Shown: positions 6,859 to 16,085 of the stretch, piece after piece
Numbering within the stretch: the stretch's first letter is position 1
Layout of the letters: each line of letters opens with the position of its first letter
Source: a virus
DNA: 38,026 nucleotides
Reading direction: 5' to 3' (one strand)
IMG/VR virus record: IMGVR_UViG_3300029267_002855
Coordinates: 1 to 38,026 of that record
Notes under the pieces: model-generated
The model's database searches: none
Told to the model about the DNA's origin: nothing
Seen by the model: the letters and a program-made list of their open reading frames with translations, nothing else
Translations under genes and position numbers: made by a program

Positions 6859-9321
6859 TTAAGCAGCAATTATCCAGAACGTAAGTATCAAATCACTTGC
6901 AAGAGCAGCTGCACCATTATTTTTATATGTAACGGTAAACGAACCTGCCAATGGACGCACTTTTTGTATTGTACACTGAGCATCTTCTGCTCCAACACTA
7001 GCAAGAGTACACAATATTGCTGAACCAACTGTACATACTGCATTTGTAACTGTTAAGACTTGTGTACCAGCTGCGGCGGTAACCAACCCGGTGAAAGTAC
7101 CAACACCGACGTTTGCATTGACTGTAACAGCGGCTGCTGCCTGTGTATCTGTAGCCGGAACCATGTCGACTATACCATCAGCATCAAGAGTAAGACCTCC
7201 TGTACCAGCTTGAATAAGTGTATCTGTCGCACCAGTTTTATTGGAAATAATTACGTTTTTGGCAGTAGCATCAGCCCCTATAGAGATAGCTCCAGTTCCC
7301 GTTTGCATGGTAAATGCACCGTTAACACTATCTACAGTAAAGCCACCCGTTCCATAATCAAAATCAAAACCACCAGCAGCATTCGAAGCATTCAATCTTA
7401 TAGAGTTAGCAGCTGCAAGACCAGAAGTCACAACAACTCCACCTACATCAGATGTTACAGCAATAGAAGCCGCACCTGTTCCTTGATCTGCGTGCAATCT
7501 AAGAGTCTCATTGACTCCCCCATTTGTGTGAAGGTAAATTGCGTCCGCTGCATCTTCAGTAGCTGTAATTGTTGTAGAGCCTAATGTAGAGTTAAGTGCA
7601 ATATCTCCGGTTCCAGAGTTCAAGGTACATGAGGATGCACCATTAACAGCACCTATCACGATATCTTTAGCAGTTGCATCAGCCCCTATATTAATATCAC
7701 CTGTACCAGAGACTAAACCAATCTCACTATTAGTAGCCGTTAATATGATGTTTCCGGTTCCAGCGTTGAAGGCCAATGCATTCGCACCTACAATATTACC
7801 TATAGTTGTCGTACGTTCACCTTGGGTGCCAATATTAATAGCAAAATCGTTATCATCATTTCCGACATTTAATGTTCCAGCTGTCGAATTTAAGGAAACA
7901 TTTCCAGTAGCATCAATATCCACTGTTCCTGTACTTGTAATACTCGTATTTCCGGTTCCAGACTGCAAGATTGTCGATGCCGCTCCTGAGGTCGAACCTA
8001 CGGTTACGGCGTGTACGGCGGCATCAGCGCCTATATTCACATCACCTGTTCCAGAGATCAACGATATGTCAGAGTCTGTAGCCGTCATTACAATGTTTCC
8101 GGATCCAGCGTTGAAAGCCAATGCATTTGCACCTACGATATTACCGATTGTTGTCGTACGCTCACCTTGAGTGCCGATATTAATAGCAAAATCATTGTCA
8201 TCATTTCCGACATTTAATGTTCCGCCAGTTGAGTTAAGAGACACGTTTCCTGCTGCATCAGCATCTATTGTTCCGGTGCTTGTAATCGATGTATTCCCGG
8301 TTCCTGATTGTAGTGTTGCTGAAGAGGTTGTATTTGTGCTGCCCAATATTGTGTCATGAGCTGTAGCAGATGTACCAAACTCAGCGTTTCCGGTTCCTAC
8401 GTTACATGTAATCGATGTCGTTCCTGTAACGTTACCTATCACGATATTTTTTTGTGCAGCATCAGCCCCCAAGTTGATTGCTCCAGTGCCCGTTTCAAGG
8501 TTAAATGGACCATTAGCACCAGTTACAGCAAAGCCTCCTGTACCAAAATCGCAATCAATACCACCAGCAGCATTTGAAGCATTTAATATCAATGCATTAT
8601 TTGCAGCTCTGCCAGAATTCATATTAACTGAACCAACATCTGAGGTTAATGTTAAAGAGTTATTACCTGTCCCTTGGTCAGATCTGATGCGGATGGTCTC
8701 ATTGACCCCCCCATTTGCCCTTAGGTAAATGCAGTCCCCTGCATCTTGATCTGATGTAATCGTACAAGTTCCTGATGTCATCGTAAAATCTACACCAGCA
8801 GTAACAGCTCCTCCAGCATCAAGATCTCCAACAAGTGTAACATTATCATCTAGGTTGAACGTTACGGCATTTGCCGCCCCTGTACTTCCAATGTTTGTGC
8901 CCCCAATCATTTGGGTCACCCCTGCCAGAGGTGCAGCATTCCCAGCGTCCGTTTGGTACTGAGCCGCTTGTGCACCAACTACAGATAACGTAATTGTTCC
9001 TGCGCCTTCAGCTATACCAATAGACCCATCTGTACCTAAGTTTGCCCATACAGGCGTCAAACCAGTTCGAGCTATGTAGAGCTGTCCGTCGGTGCCATCA
9101 GGCGTAGGATCTGCAACAACAGACCATGTAGCTTGTGGAGGACTACCAGATATCAATGTCAAAATAAAATAATTACCAGTTAACCTATTGAGCCACGGTC
9201 TAGCAAGACTAGTAATATCATCGCCAGTTGGGTCTCTATCATAAATTAAAGCACCTTTTTCATTTTCAATTAATGGCTGTGAAAAGCCATACGAAATTTC
9301 AGGATATTCTTTAATGGCCAT
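6859..9321 (-). CDS. Repeat-rich beta-helix-like fibre/spike (820 aa)
   Basis: G/T/A/N-rich. It has nested internal repeats A(193-300)-B(327-441)-B'(442-556)-A'(591-698). The N-terminal ~60 aa are non-repetitive (a possible tail-attachment domain). It is the first gene after the ejection-protein block. Confidence 0.75.
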   Translation of the reverse strand: MAIKEYPEISYGFSQPLIENEKGALIYDRDPTGDDITSLARPWLNRLTGNYFILTLISGSPPQATWSVVADPTPDGTDGQLYIARTGLTPVWANLGTDGSIGIAEGAGTITLSVVGAQAAQYQTDAGNAAPLAGVTQMIGGTNIGSTGAANAVTFNLDDNVTLVGDLDAGGAVTAGVDFTMTSGTCTITSDQDAGDCIYLRANGGVNETIRIRSDQGTGNNSLTLTSDVGSVNMNSGRAANNALILNASNAAGGIDCDFGTGGFAVTGANGPFNLETGTGAINLGADAAQKNIVIGNVTGTTSITCNVGTGNAEFGTSATAHDTILGSTNTTSSATLQSGTGNTSITSTGTIDADAAGNVSLNSTGGTLNVGNDDNDFAINIGTQGERTTTIGNIVGANALAFNAGSGNIVMTATDSDISLISGTGDVNIGADAAVHAVTVGSTSGAASTILQSGTGNTSITSTGTVDIDATGNVSLNSTAGTLNVGNDDNDFAINIGTQGERTTTIGNIVGANALAFNAGTGNIILTATNSEIGLVSGTGDINIGADATAKDIVIGAVNGASSCTLNSGTGDIALNSTLGSTTITATEDAADAIYLHTNGGVNETLRLHADQGTGAASIAVTSDVGGVVVTSGLAAANSIRLNASNAAGGFDFDYGTGGFTVDSVNGAFTMQTGTGAISIGADATAKNVIISNKTGATDTLIQAGTGGLTLDADGIVDMVPATDTQAAAAVTVNANVGVGTFTGLVTAAAGTQVLTVTNAVCTVGSAILCTLASVGAEDAQCTIQKVRPLAGSFTVTYKNNGAAALASDLILTFWIIAA
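7654..8343 (-). repeat. In-frame tandem duplication, 2 x 345 nt (115 aa), inside the 820-aa fibre gene
   Basis: tttccggttccagcgttgaaggcc at 7751 recurs as tttccggatccagcgttgaaagcc at 8096, an offset of 345. The protein copies GNTSITSTGT..NVGNDDNDFAINIGTQGERTTTIGNIVGANALAFNAG are near-identical. Confidence 0.9.
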
Positions 9322-9335
9322 TAAATACTCCTAAA

Positions 9336-9554
9336 TTATTTTTTAAACCAATTATAAACTCTATTATACAAACTCTTAATTTTAGGAACTGCTAGTTTTG
9401 TAACTACACCTCCAACTATAGATCCTATAACAAGACCCACTTTGCCTCTATGATTTTTTGCTAACGAACTATTAGCAACCTTATCTTCAATCCTATCCAA
9501 AATGCATGCGTTCAATGAAGAACACAAAAATATTGTTAATAATACTTTTTTCAT
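9336..9554 (-). CDS. Small lipoprotein with a glycine-zipper helix
   Basis: MKKVLLTIFLCSSLNAC provides a signal peptide plus lipobox (L-N-A-C). A GLVIGSIVGGVV segment follows. 72 aa. Confidence 0.7.
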   Translation of the reverse strand: MKKVLLTIFLCSSLNACILDRIEDKVANSSLAKNHRGKVGLVIGSIVGGVVTKLAVPKIKSLYNRVYNWFKK

Positions 9555-9560
9555 ATTTTC

Positions 9561-12500
9561 CTAACGTCTATTAACTCTACTACTGACTTTTGTAATCAAG
9601 CCATTAATAGAAGCATCCTTGTAACCGTTATCAATTAATACCTTAATAACATTCGATAATAATTTACTATCTTTATTCCTTAAAGCCCTAGCAACATATT
9701 TTTCCGCCTTATATAAGCTCATACCTCGTGATACTGGAACTGATCCAAGACCTGATCCAACATAAGGACCAAAACCTGTAGTAGTTAATGAAGCAACTGA
9801 AAATGGCAATACACCATGCATTAAAGCTTTAACACGAGATACAACACGCTCAGGGGTATATGGTTGGGTTGCATCCCAAGGTTTAAATTTACCTTCATCA
9901 TATTTACCCCTAACTGGGAACTGTGTATCTCCTGCCGGCGTAGCTCCAATAAGTTGTTGATAAGCTAACTGTAATACTGGATTACCTTTTCCAAATAATG
10001 TTTGCACAGGCTTTGTTCCATAACCTAAAACTTCAAGAGCCTGTTTTCCAAGATGCGCATACATCTTCCTACCTTTAGAGTCTCTTCCAGGATTGAATAT
10101 CGAAGATCCTACTTTAACATTTACATCAGGTAATGAAAACATATATGCCTTGCTAGGATCACCATCCCAAAAGTTTTTAGCCGCCTTTTCACGAGACCAT
10201 CTAATACCAGTTACTGAATTATTTTGCTTATCTGTCTGCTCTAAGCCGCCTAACGCATATTTTAATCCAGCCTGTATCAATGACGTTTTAATCATATAGT
10301 TTGCCCAATATCGTCGACCTAACTTACCTGTAACTCCTGACCCAAACCCACTCCCAGCTTGTTTTAATGCTGATATAGTCCAGTCAGGATATGCTATAAA
10401 TCTACGAAGCCATTTCATTGTCTTTGGATTATTGAAAAACTTACTTGTTTCCCATTGTTGACCACCATAAATGTTATTAACAAGAGTAGCTATATCTCTA
10501 CCAATTGCCCTACGCTGCTGCTCTGTAGCTGGATTACCTTTTTTAATTAAATTAGAGAGCTCTTTATTTAATAATTCATTATAAGTTACAGCTTTAAGTC
10601 GTGGGTGATATACCTCAAATAAATGATTCATACCCTTTTTAAGCTTACCAGTTATCGCTTTAGTTATCCTGCCTCCTTTAGATGCTGCAAAGTCTAATGC
10701 TTTATCCATCAAGTTAGAACCTTTACGATAATCAATTGGTTTTTCAAACTTAACACCATCACGTACAGCTTCAGTCATAAATTGTTTGCTATTTAATAGT
10801 TGATCACCTTGCTTTGCAATCCCTTTAAAGTTTAATGCTTTCCTATAACCTAATGCCCCTACTGCTGATTCCGTTAAAGCAACTGCATGGAATGGAGATA
10901 ACTGAACTCGTGCAGTACGCAATATATTAGAAGCATTATCAAAGTTCCGCCAAAATGCACCTTCACGCTTATAACCCTCTTTACTAAATACACCTTGGAA
11001 TGCATCTGCTATTTTAGGATCAACTAATACAGCACCTTGAGCAGTTTTCCAAGTTCCATCTGCTGCTTTATATCGTTTTAATATTGGTTCCTCAAACGGT
11101 ACAAAACCCATATCCTTAGCTTTACTATAAAGTTCTTTATTATTAGTTCTAACGATTAACGGATTCTCACCAGGTGTTTTTTCAATTGCATTAACCATCT
11201 TAGATTTTGCAAGTGCTCTATTTGTTATCTCATCATACACAGCAACATTTTCAACAATACCTTTATACTTAGGTTTCAATCCCGCCTTGATTGCCTCTTG
11301 ATGTGTTAAAAATTGTTTTTGCTCTGAAAATGGAGTTAACTTAGGGAACCCAGCAGTCTTCACCGCTTTTTTAATATCACCCTCATATAAGCCTGGCAAA
11401 TAAGTATCAACAAGCACGTCTCGTGGATTAATATTTTTCAAGCGAGGATCATTATTGATTTGTTGTAATCGTTTTTTAAAATACGTATCTACATCGCTTA
11501 CGAGTTTTTTTACTTGAGGTGACGTACGCTTTTCAAGTGCCTGATATGTATCACCTGTGATATTTGGATTACCTGTTTTTTGTCTTAAGTATGAAGCCTC
11601 TTCAAGTTGTGTTGGTGTGAATTTAGGAACAAGTTTACCCTTATCACGCTTATAAATCTTGTCCCTAAACTCTAATTGCGTCTTAAATATTTGCGCATCA
11701 CGTTCGCCCACATGCTCTTTAACCAAATCAAATGCCTGCTTGTTCTGAACGCTTTGCTTAATCTCTTGAGCATAACCTTGAATCCTCTGTATTGGTTTAC
11801 GTATTGGGGCTGGTAATTTTTCAATAAATCTAGATGGAGCTCTCTTGACAGGTTCAGGTAGATATTTTTTTATTGGTGCTCCAAATTTGTGTGCCATCTC
11901 CATACCAATTAAAGCTATTGCATTATCACGTAACTGCTCTTTACTTGGAAGTTGTCCATCTATTATGGATTGTGCCGTATTTAAACCGATATACTCTAAA
12001 CCTTTATAGGTAGCTTTTTGACCTGCACGTGTATTAAGAACCTTATTCCATACAGGAACTCGTTTCAATAAAGGTACAAATCTACCCATATTTGCAGTCA
12101 CTAGACCCACTGCACCAGCCTTACCAGTTTCGCCAAGTACATGACTAGCTCGATCAATGAATTCGCCAAATGAACCATCACCGCCCTTTTTAACGTAATC
12201 TCTATATTCATTAAATGATGACTTAATTAAAACAGGAGCCGCCATACCCATGAATGCTGCCCCTAATGTTGCGCCTAAAGCTGTTCCAGCACCAGGGATT
12301 ATGGAACCAATAGCTCCTCCAACCAAACCGCCTATCGCAGCTCCTCCACTAAAAGCAGGAGCATCGGAAGCAAGTTCACCCCCAAACTCAGCAAGATATT
12401 CTAAGAAGTTATCTGCTTGTTCTGAGTCTTCTGGAGATCCCAATATTTGTCCTGTAACACCTCGACCTATACCCCGTGAAGCACCCCTTGCAACTCGCTT

Positions 12501-12812
12501 AATTATAGATGCATCTTTCCTATATCGCTTATTTGTTTGCAATGGACCATATAACTCTTCAGTTGTTGGAATAAACATTGCACCTTCATCAAATGAGTCC
12601 TGAGGACCTGTATCAATATTATAATCCTGTGTAGCCGTATCCTGTTGAAACTGAGATAACTCATCTGGTGTAAATGCAAATACATCATCAATAGGAGGTG
12701 CCTGCTGCTGAACCATTGGAAGATTAGCAGATGGTTGTTGTACAGGTTCAGCATTTAACTCTTCAGGTGTAAAAACCAATGGATTATTATTTAACTCTGA
12801 ACCATTTGCCAT
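9561..12812 (-). CDS. Large internal virion / DNA-ejection protein (1083 aa)
   Basis: Largest ORF and the last of four consecutive internal-protein-like genes, as in P22 gp7/20/16 or T7 gp14-16. It has a glycine-zipper membrane segment GGAAIGGLVGGAIGSIIPGAGTALGATLGAAFMG. No catalytic motif recognised. Confidence 0.6.
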   Translation of the reverse strand: MANGSELNNNPLVFTPEELNAEPVQQPSANLPMVQQQAPPIDDVFAFTPDELSQFQQDTATQDYNIDTGPQDSFDEGAMFIPTTEELYGPLQTNKRYRKDASIIKRVARGASRGIGRGVTGQILGSPEDSEQADNFLEYLAEFGGELASDAPAFSGGAAIGGLVGGAIGSIIPGAGTALGATLGAAFMGMAAPVLIKSSFNEYRDYVKKGGDGSFGEFIDRASHVLGETGKAGAVGLVTANMGRFVPLLKRVPVWNKVLNTRAGQKATYKGLEYIGLNTAQSIIDGQLPSKEQLRDNAIALIGMEMAHKFGAPIKKYLPEPVKRAPSRFIEKLPAPIRKPIQRIQGYAQEIKQSVQNKQAFDLVKEHVGERDAQIFKTQLEFRDKIYKRDKGKLVPKFTPTQLEEASYLRQKTGNPNITGDTYQALEKRTSPQVKKLVSDVDTYFKKRLQQINNDPRLKNINPRDVLVDTYLPGLYEGDIKKAVKTAGFPKLTPFSEQKQFLTHQEAIKAGLKPKYKGIVENVAVYDEITNRALAKSKMVNAIEKTPGENPLIVRTNNKELYSKAKDMGFVPFEEPILKRYKAADGTWKTAQGAVLVDPKIADAFQGVFSKEGYKREGAFWRNFDNASNILRTARVQLSPFHAVALTESAVGALGYRKALNFKGIAKQGDQLLNSKQFMTEAVRDGVKFEKPIDYRKGSNLMDKALDFAASKGGRITKAITGKLKKGMNHLFEVYHPRLKAVTYNELLNKELSNLIKKGNPATEQQRRAIGRDIATLVNNIYGGQQWETSKFFNNPKTMKWLRRFIAYPDWTISALKQAGSGFGSGVTGKLGRRYWANYMIKTSLIQAGLKYALGGLEQTDKQNNSVTGIRWSREKAAKNFWDGDPSKAYMFSLPDVNVKVGSSIFNPGRDSKGRKMYAHLGKQALEVLGYGTKPVQTLFGKGNPVLQLAYQQLIGATPAGDTQFPVRGKYDEGKFKPWDATQPYTPERVVSRVKALMHGVLPFSVASLTTTGFGPYVGSGLGSVPVSRGMSLYKAEKYVARALRNKDSKLLSNVIKVLIDNGYKDASINGLITKVSSRVNRR

Positions 12813-12814
12813 AT

Positions 12815-13948
12815 TTATCTCCCTAATATATTACTCAAGCCACCTGATAATAAATTCTCTAGTCCACCCATAGGAGATTGTTGCTCCTGTGGTGAACGTA
12901 CATCCGTTGGCTGATAGCCACCAACTAAACCACTTATAGCACTTCCAGCTCTAGATAACAACCCAGGTTGTTGTGCCTGTAATGCCTGTTGTTGCTGTAA
13001 TGCTGCTTGTTGCTCCATCTGTGCTCGTATAGATCTTTGAACATCCTGTTTTGATGGTTTTTGCACAATATACCCTAAAGACTCAGCAATCTTATAAGCT
13101 AACTTTGAAACATGATACGCCTGCTTTACAGGATCCCATGTGCCAAACCTAATATTTTTACGAGCTTGCTGAAGTGCTTGCTGTTTAAAGTATGCAACAA
13201 TAGGATCGTTTGGGTCTCTACTTATAGGCCTACCACGCATAATTTCACCCTCAAGAGTACCTTCAAGTTGTGCTTGTTCAACAGGTGTCATTTTGCCTTT
13301 AACAAATCTCTTTTTGTTTTCACGTATCTTTTGTATGTCTACTGGTAAACTTTTTAGTTCCTGCCGTTTCCTAAATTGCTTAGCGCTATATACACCGTAA
13401 TTTTGCATAGCGTCTTCATAAGTTCCTCCAGCCTTAATAACATCATTTGCATATCCTTGAAATGCTTTATCTGCACGACTTTGTCTTCGTGCCTCTTGAG
13501 CTACAGCACGTTTTTCAGCAAACGTCTCTTCCCTAGCTCGCTTTTGTATTGTTTTATCTATATATGCTTTTGCCTCATCAGGATTTAAGTTTTGAATTAA
13601 AGTAGGATCTATTCCATGTAACTGTGCTAATTGCAATACGGATTGTCTTTTTTGTTCAAGCTCTTGCTGTTTAAGCTCTTGCTTACTTGTCGATGCTGTT
13701 TGTAATCTATTATACTCTAAAAAACTTCGTCGCTCACGAGGATCCATCTGCTGAAAATTAGGATCATTAACGTCTATACCTTGACTCCTTGCCAAGGCTG
13801 CTACTGACCTAGCTTCACGTCCACGTCTATTTTGTTCAATCTTTGCTCCTAAGTAACCACCCAATACATTTGATAGGCCACTTATAGAACTTCCAATTAA
13901 TCTACGTTCAGGGCTGTATTCATATTCATCTTCATAATATCTAGCCAT
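12815..13948 (-). CDS. Internal virion / ejection protein (377 aa), Q/R/E-rich
   Basis: Charged helical composition with QQQQALQAQQ runs. G-rich ends (SISGLSNVLGGYLG, LLSGGLSNILG). Assigned by position in the ejection block. Confidence 0.55.
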   Translation of the reverse strand: MARYYEDEYEYSPERRLIGSSISGLSNVLGGYLGAKIEQNRRGREARSVAALARSQGIDVNDPNFQQMDPRERRSFLEYNRLQTASTSKQELKQQELEQKRQSVLQLAQLHGIDPTLIQNLNPDEAKAYIDKTIQKRAREETFAEKRAVAQEARRQSRADKAFQGYANDVIKAGGTYEDAMQNYGVYSAKQFRKRQELKSLPVDIQKIRENKKRFVKGKMTPVEQAQLEGTLEGEIMRGRPISRDPNDPIVAYFKQQALQQARKNIRFGTWDPVKQAYHVSKLAYKIAESLGYIVQKPSKQDVQRSIRAQMEQQAALQQQQALQAQQPGLLSRAGSAISGLVGGYQPTDVRSPQEQQSPMGGLENLLSGGLSNILGR

Positions 13949-13949
13949 A

Positions 13950-16082
13950 TTATTTTCCTCTTACAACAGGATTAACTTTTTGAGGTAAACCTTCAGCAAG
14001 TAGTCTACCTGAAATAGGATCTACAACATTACCTACACCCTCAGCAACATTCCACAATCGTGTTGGTTGTTGAACAACTCTTCGCAATGGCGCCTGTGGT
14101 GTGATTTTTTGCCCTAAGGCTGCTTGCTGTGCTGCTAAATTATTAGCTCTTATATTAAGTTCAGCTTGCCTCTCTGCTTCCATAGCTCGTTGCTGATTTA
14201 AAGCTCTTTGATGCTCAAAGTTTTGTGCTTGTTCTTGTTGCTGTAGAAGTCTTTGTGCTTGTCTTGCCTGTTGATTAGCTTGTTCAACATTAACTTGTTG
14301 TTGTATTTGTCTTCTAGCAACATCCTCATTAGCTCGTTGTATATTACGTTGCATTACTTGAGGCATTAAAACATCTCTAAGTTGCACATCAAGGTTACCC
14401 ATAACTTCCTGTGGTTGAACATCACGTCCAAGAATTCTACCTGTTTGTTCCTGTAAAAATGGTATTGCTCGTTGTACTGCACCCGCAATTACTGGATTAG
14501 CCAACTGCTCACCTGTTTCAAAACCTGTATGTGCATACTGAGGACCTTGTTGGAATCCAAGTTTCCTTGCTATCCAATCATTTATACCTGTTGCTTTACC
14601 AATATCATATAATCCCTGAGCGCCTTGAAGACCTAATCTAATATTCCTAGCAGCATTAGGACTTCCTAATATATTACCCAAACCTCTTATTGGTGATGCT
14701 ACACCTCTACGGAATCTTTGAAATCTTGTTGGTGCTTGCTGGCCTCCATAAAGCCAACCCAAAGGATTTCCACCAAGTAAAGTCTTTCCAAGTTTTCCTA
14801 ATAATTGTCCCTCAGTTGTACGTTGTGAGCCGCTCATGAGTGATCTTAATATATCCGCTGTATTGGTACCTCTTAAAAAATCTACTGCTTTACCAGCAGT
14901 GGATTGTTTACCTTGTGTACCTGCAATGATATCTGCCAAACCTCGTGTTCCACGACTAAAATATCCACCCTGGCCACCACGTAATAAATCTGCCAATCTT
15001 GTAAGCTCAGGTTGCTCTTGTGTTAAATAGTTAGTCAATTGATTAGCGCCAAGACTACCAAGTGCACCACCAGCAACGCCACCAAGAGCAGGCAACCCAA
15101 CAAGAGCTCCTAATGCAGTTCCTCCAGCTCTACCACCAATACCAGCTGCCAAATTAGTCATAGGTCGAAATTTTCTAGCAAATCTAGAGACACCACCCTC
15201 TTCAGGTCTTATACGGTTAATTAATGCATCATAACCTCGCACTAATGGACTATCAGTAGGAGCTCCAAATTGAGGTCTTTGTTCATAACCAGATTGTTGA
15301 TACGCCTGAGCAAATGCAGGTAAATGTTCAGCCACAGCAGCACTAGCTCCAGCTGGAACACCAGCTTTAGCCAATAATCCTGCAACCTCTTTTTCAACCG
15401 GGCTTTGCTCTTTTTGCTCTTCAGTAGGCTCTTTTCCACCAACAGTAGGATCTTGATTTCCTCTTAAAGTTTCAACTAACTGTTGATTAAGATCTTGTTG
15501 CTCTTGGGTATACTCAGAACCTGAAGTAGCATCTCTTGCTTTTGTATAAGATTGAACCGCTGGATGATCTTTATTTGCTGTTTTAGGAAGCTTTTTCATC
15601 TTATCAGGGGTAAATATTTTTTTAGATTCACTATATACTTTATTTTCAAAATCATTTTGAGGATTGCCCTGTAAGATACGTTGAAAATCAGGTTCATTTA
15701 AGTTGTAAAAGTTTTTAAATGTTTGTACGTCTCTAGGTGTAATGTCTGATTTATCTTTAAGCGGTGTCGGTTTCTTTTTACGAGCCGCTTTGCGAGCTTC
15801 CTGTTTTTTAATCTTTTCAGACTCTGAATGTAAGAACCTTCCAAGCAACCCAGTACTACGGCCTTCAGCCTTAGCTTTTTGTTTAGACTGTTCATTGAGA
15901 GCCTGCATACCACGCACAGCTTTACCAACCGGGCCTCGCACAGTCCCATATCGTTTTAAAATTTCATCATTACGCTCACTGACACCTTTACCACCCTTAA
16001 TAATAGCCTGCAATTGTTTTAGATTAATTTTATATTTACTTAGCAAAGCTCTTATTGCTTTTATCTCTCTTTTATCTGCCAT
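13950..16082 (-). CDS. Internal virion / ejection protein (710 aa)
   Basis: Basic N-terminus, a glycine-zipper region GIGGRAGGTALGALVGLPALGGVAGGALGSLG, and a Q-rich coiled C-terminal part (QIQQQVNVEQANQQARQAQRLLQQQEQAQ). Confidence 0.55.
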   Translation of the reverse strand: MADKREIKAIRALLSKYKINLKQLQAIIKGGKGVSERNDEILKRYGTVRGPVGKAVRGMQALNEQSKQKAKAEGRSTGLLGRFLHSESEKIKKQEARKAARKKKPTPLKDKSDITPRDVQTFKNFYNLNEPDFQRILQGNPQNDFENKVYSESKKIFTPDKMKKLPKTANKDHPAVQSYTKARDATSGSEYTQEQQDLNQQLVETLRGNQDPTVGGKEPTEEQKEQSPVEKEVAGLLAKAGVPAGASAAVAEHLPAFAQAYQQSGYEQRPQFGAPTDSPLVRGYDALINRIRPEEGGVSRFARKFRPMTNLAAGIGGRAGGTALGALVGLPALGGVAGGALGSLGANQLTNYLTQEQPELTRLADLLRGGQGGYFSRGTRGLADIIAGTQGKQSTAGKAVDFLRGTNTADILRSLMSGSQRTTEGQLLGKLGKTLLGGNPLGWLYGGQQAPTRFQRFRRGVASPIRGLGNILGSPNAARNIRLGLQGAQGLYDIGKATGINDWIARKLGFQQGPQYAHTGFETGEQLANPVIAGAVQRAIPFLQEQTGRILGRDVQPQEVMGNLDVQLRDVLMPQVMQRNIQRANEDVARRQIQQQVNVEQANQQARQAQRLLQQQEQAQNFEHQRALNQQRAMEAERQAELNIRANNLAAQQAALGQKITPQAPLRRVVQQPTRLWNVAEGVGNVVDPISGRLLAEGLPQKVNPVVRGK

Positions 16083-16085
16083 AAT

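Noticed and set aside
7654-8343. The tandem repeat as a diversity-generating retroelement (template/variable repeat pair).
   Set aside because: No reverse transcriptase is present in the genome. The differences between the copies include transitions and transversions at all four bases and are not adenine-specific. Both copies are in-frame parts of one gene.
7060-8728. Antisense ORFs inside the 820-aa fibre gene, including a Cys-rich 174-aa ORF (7060..7584) and the repeat-containing 7745..8170.
   Set aside because: They mirror the G/T/A-rich repeats of the minus-strand gene and repeat with the same 345-nt period. Nothing supports them as independent genes. They are shadow ORFs.
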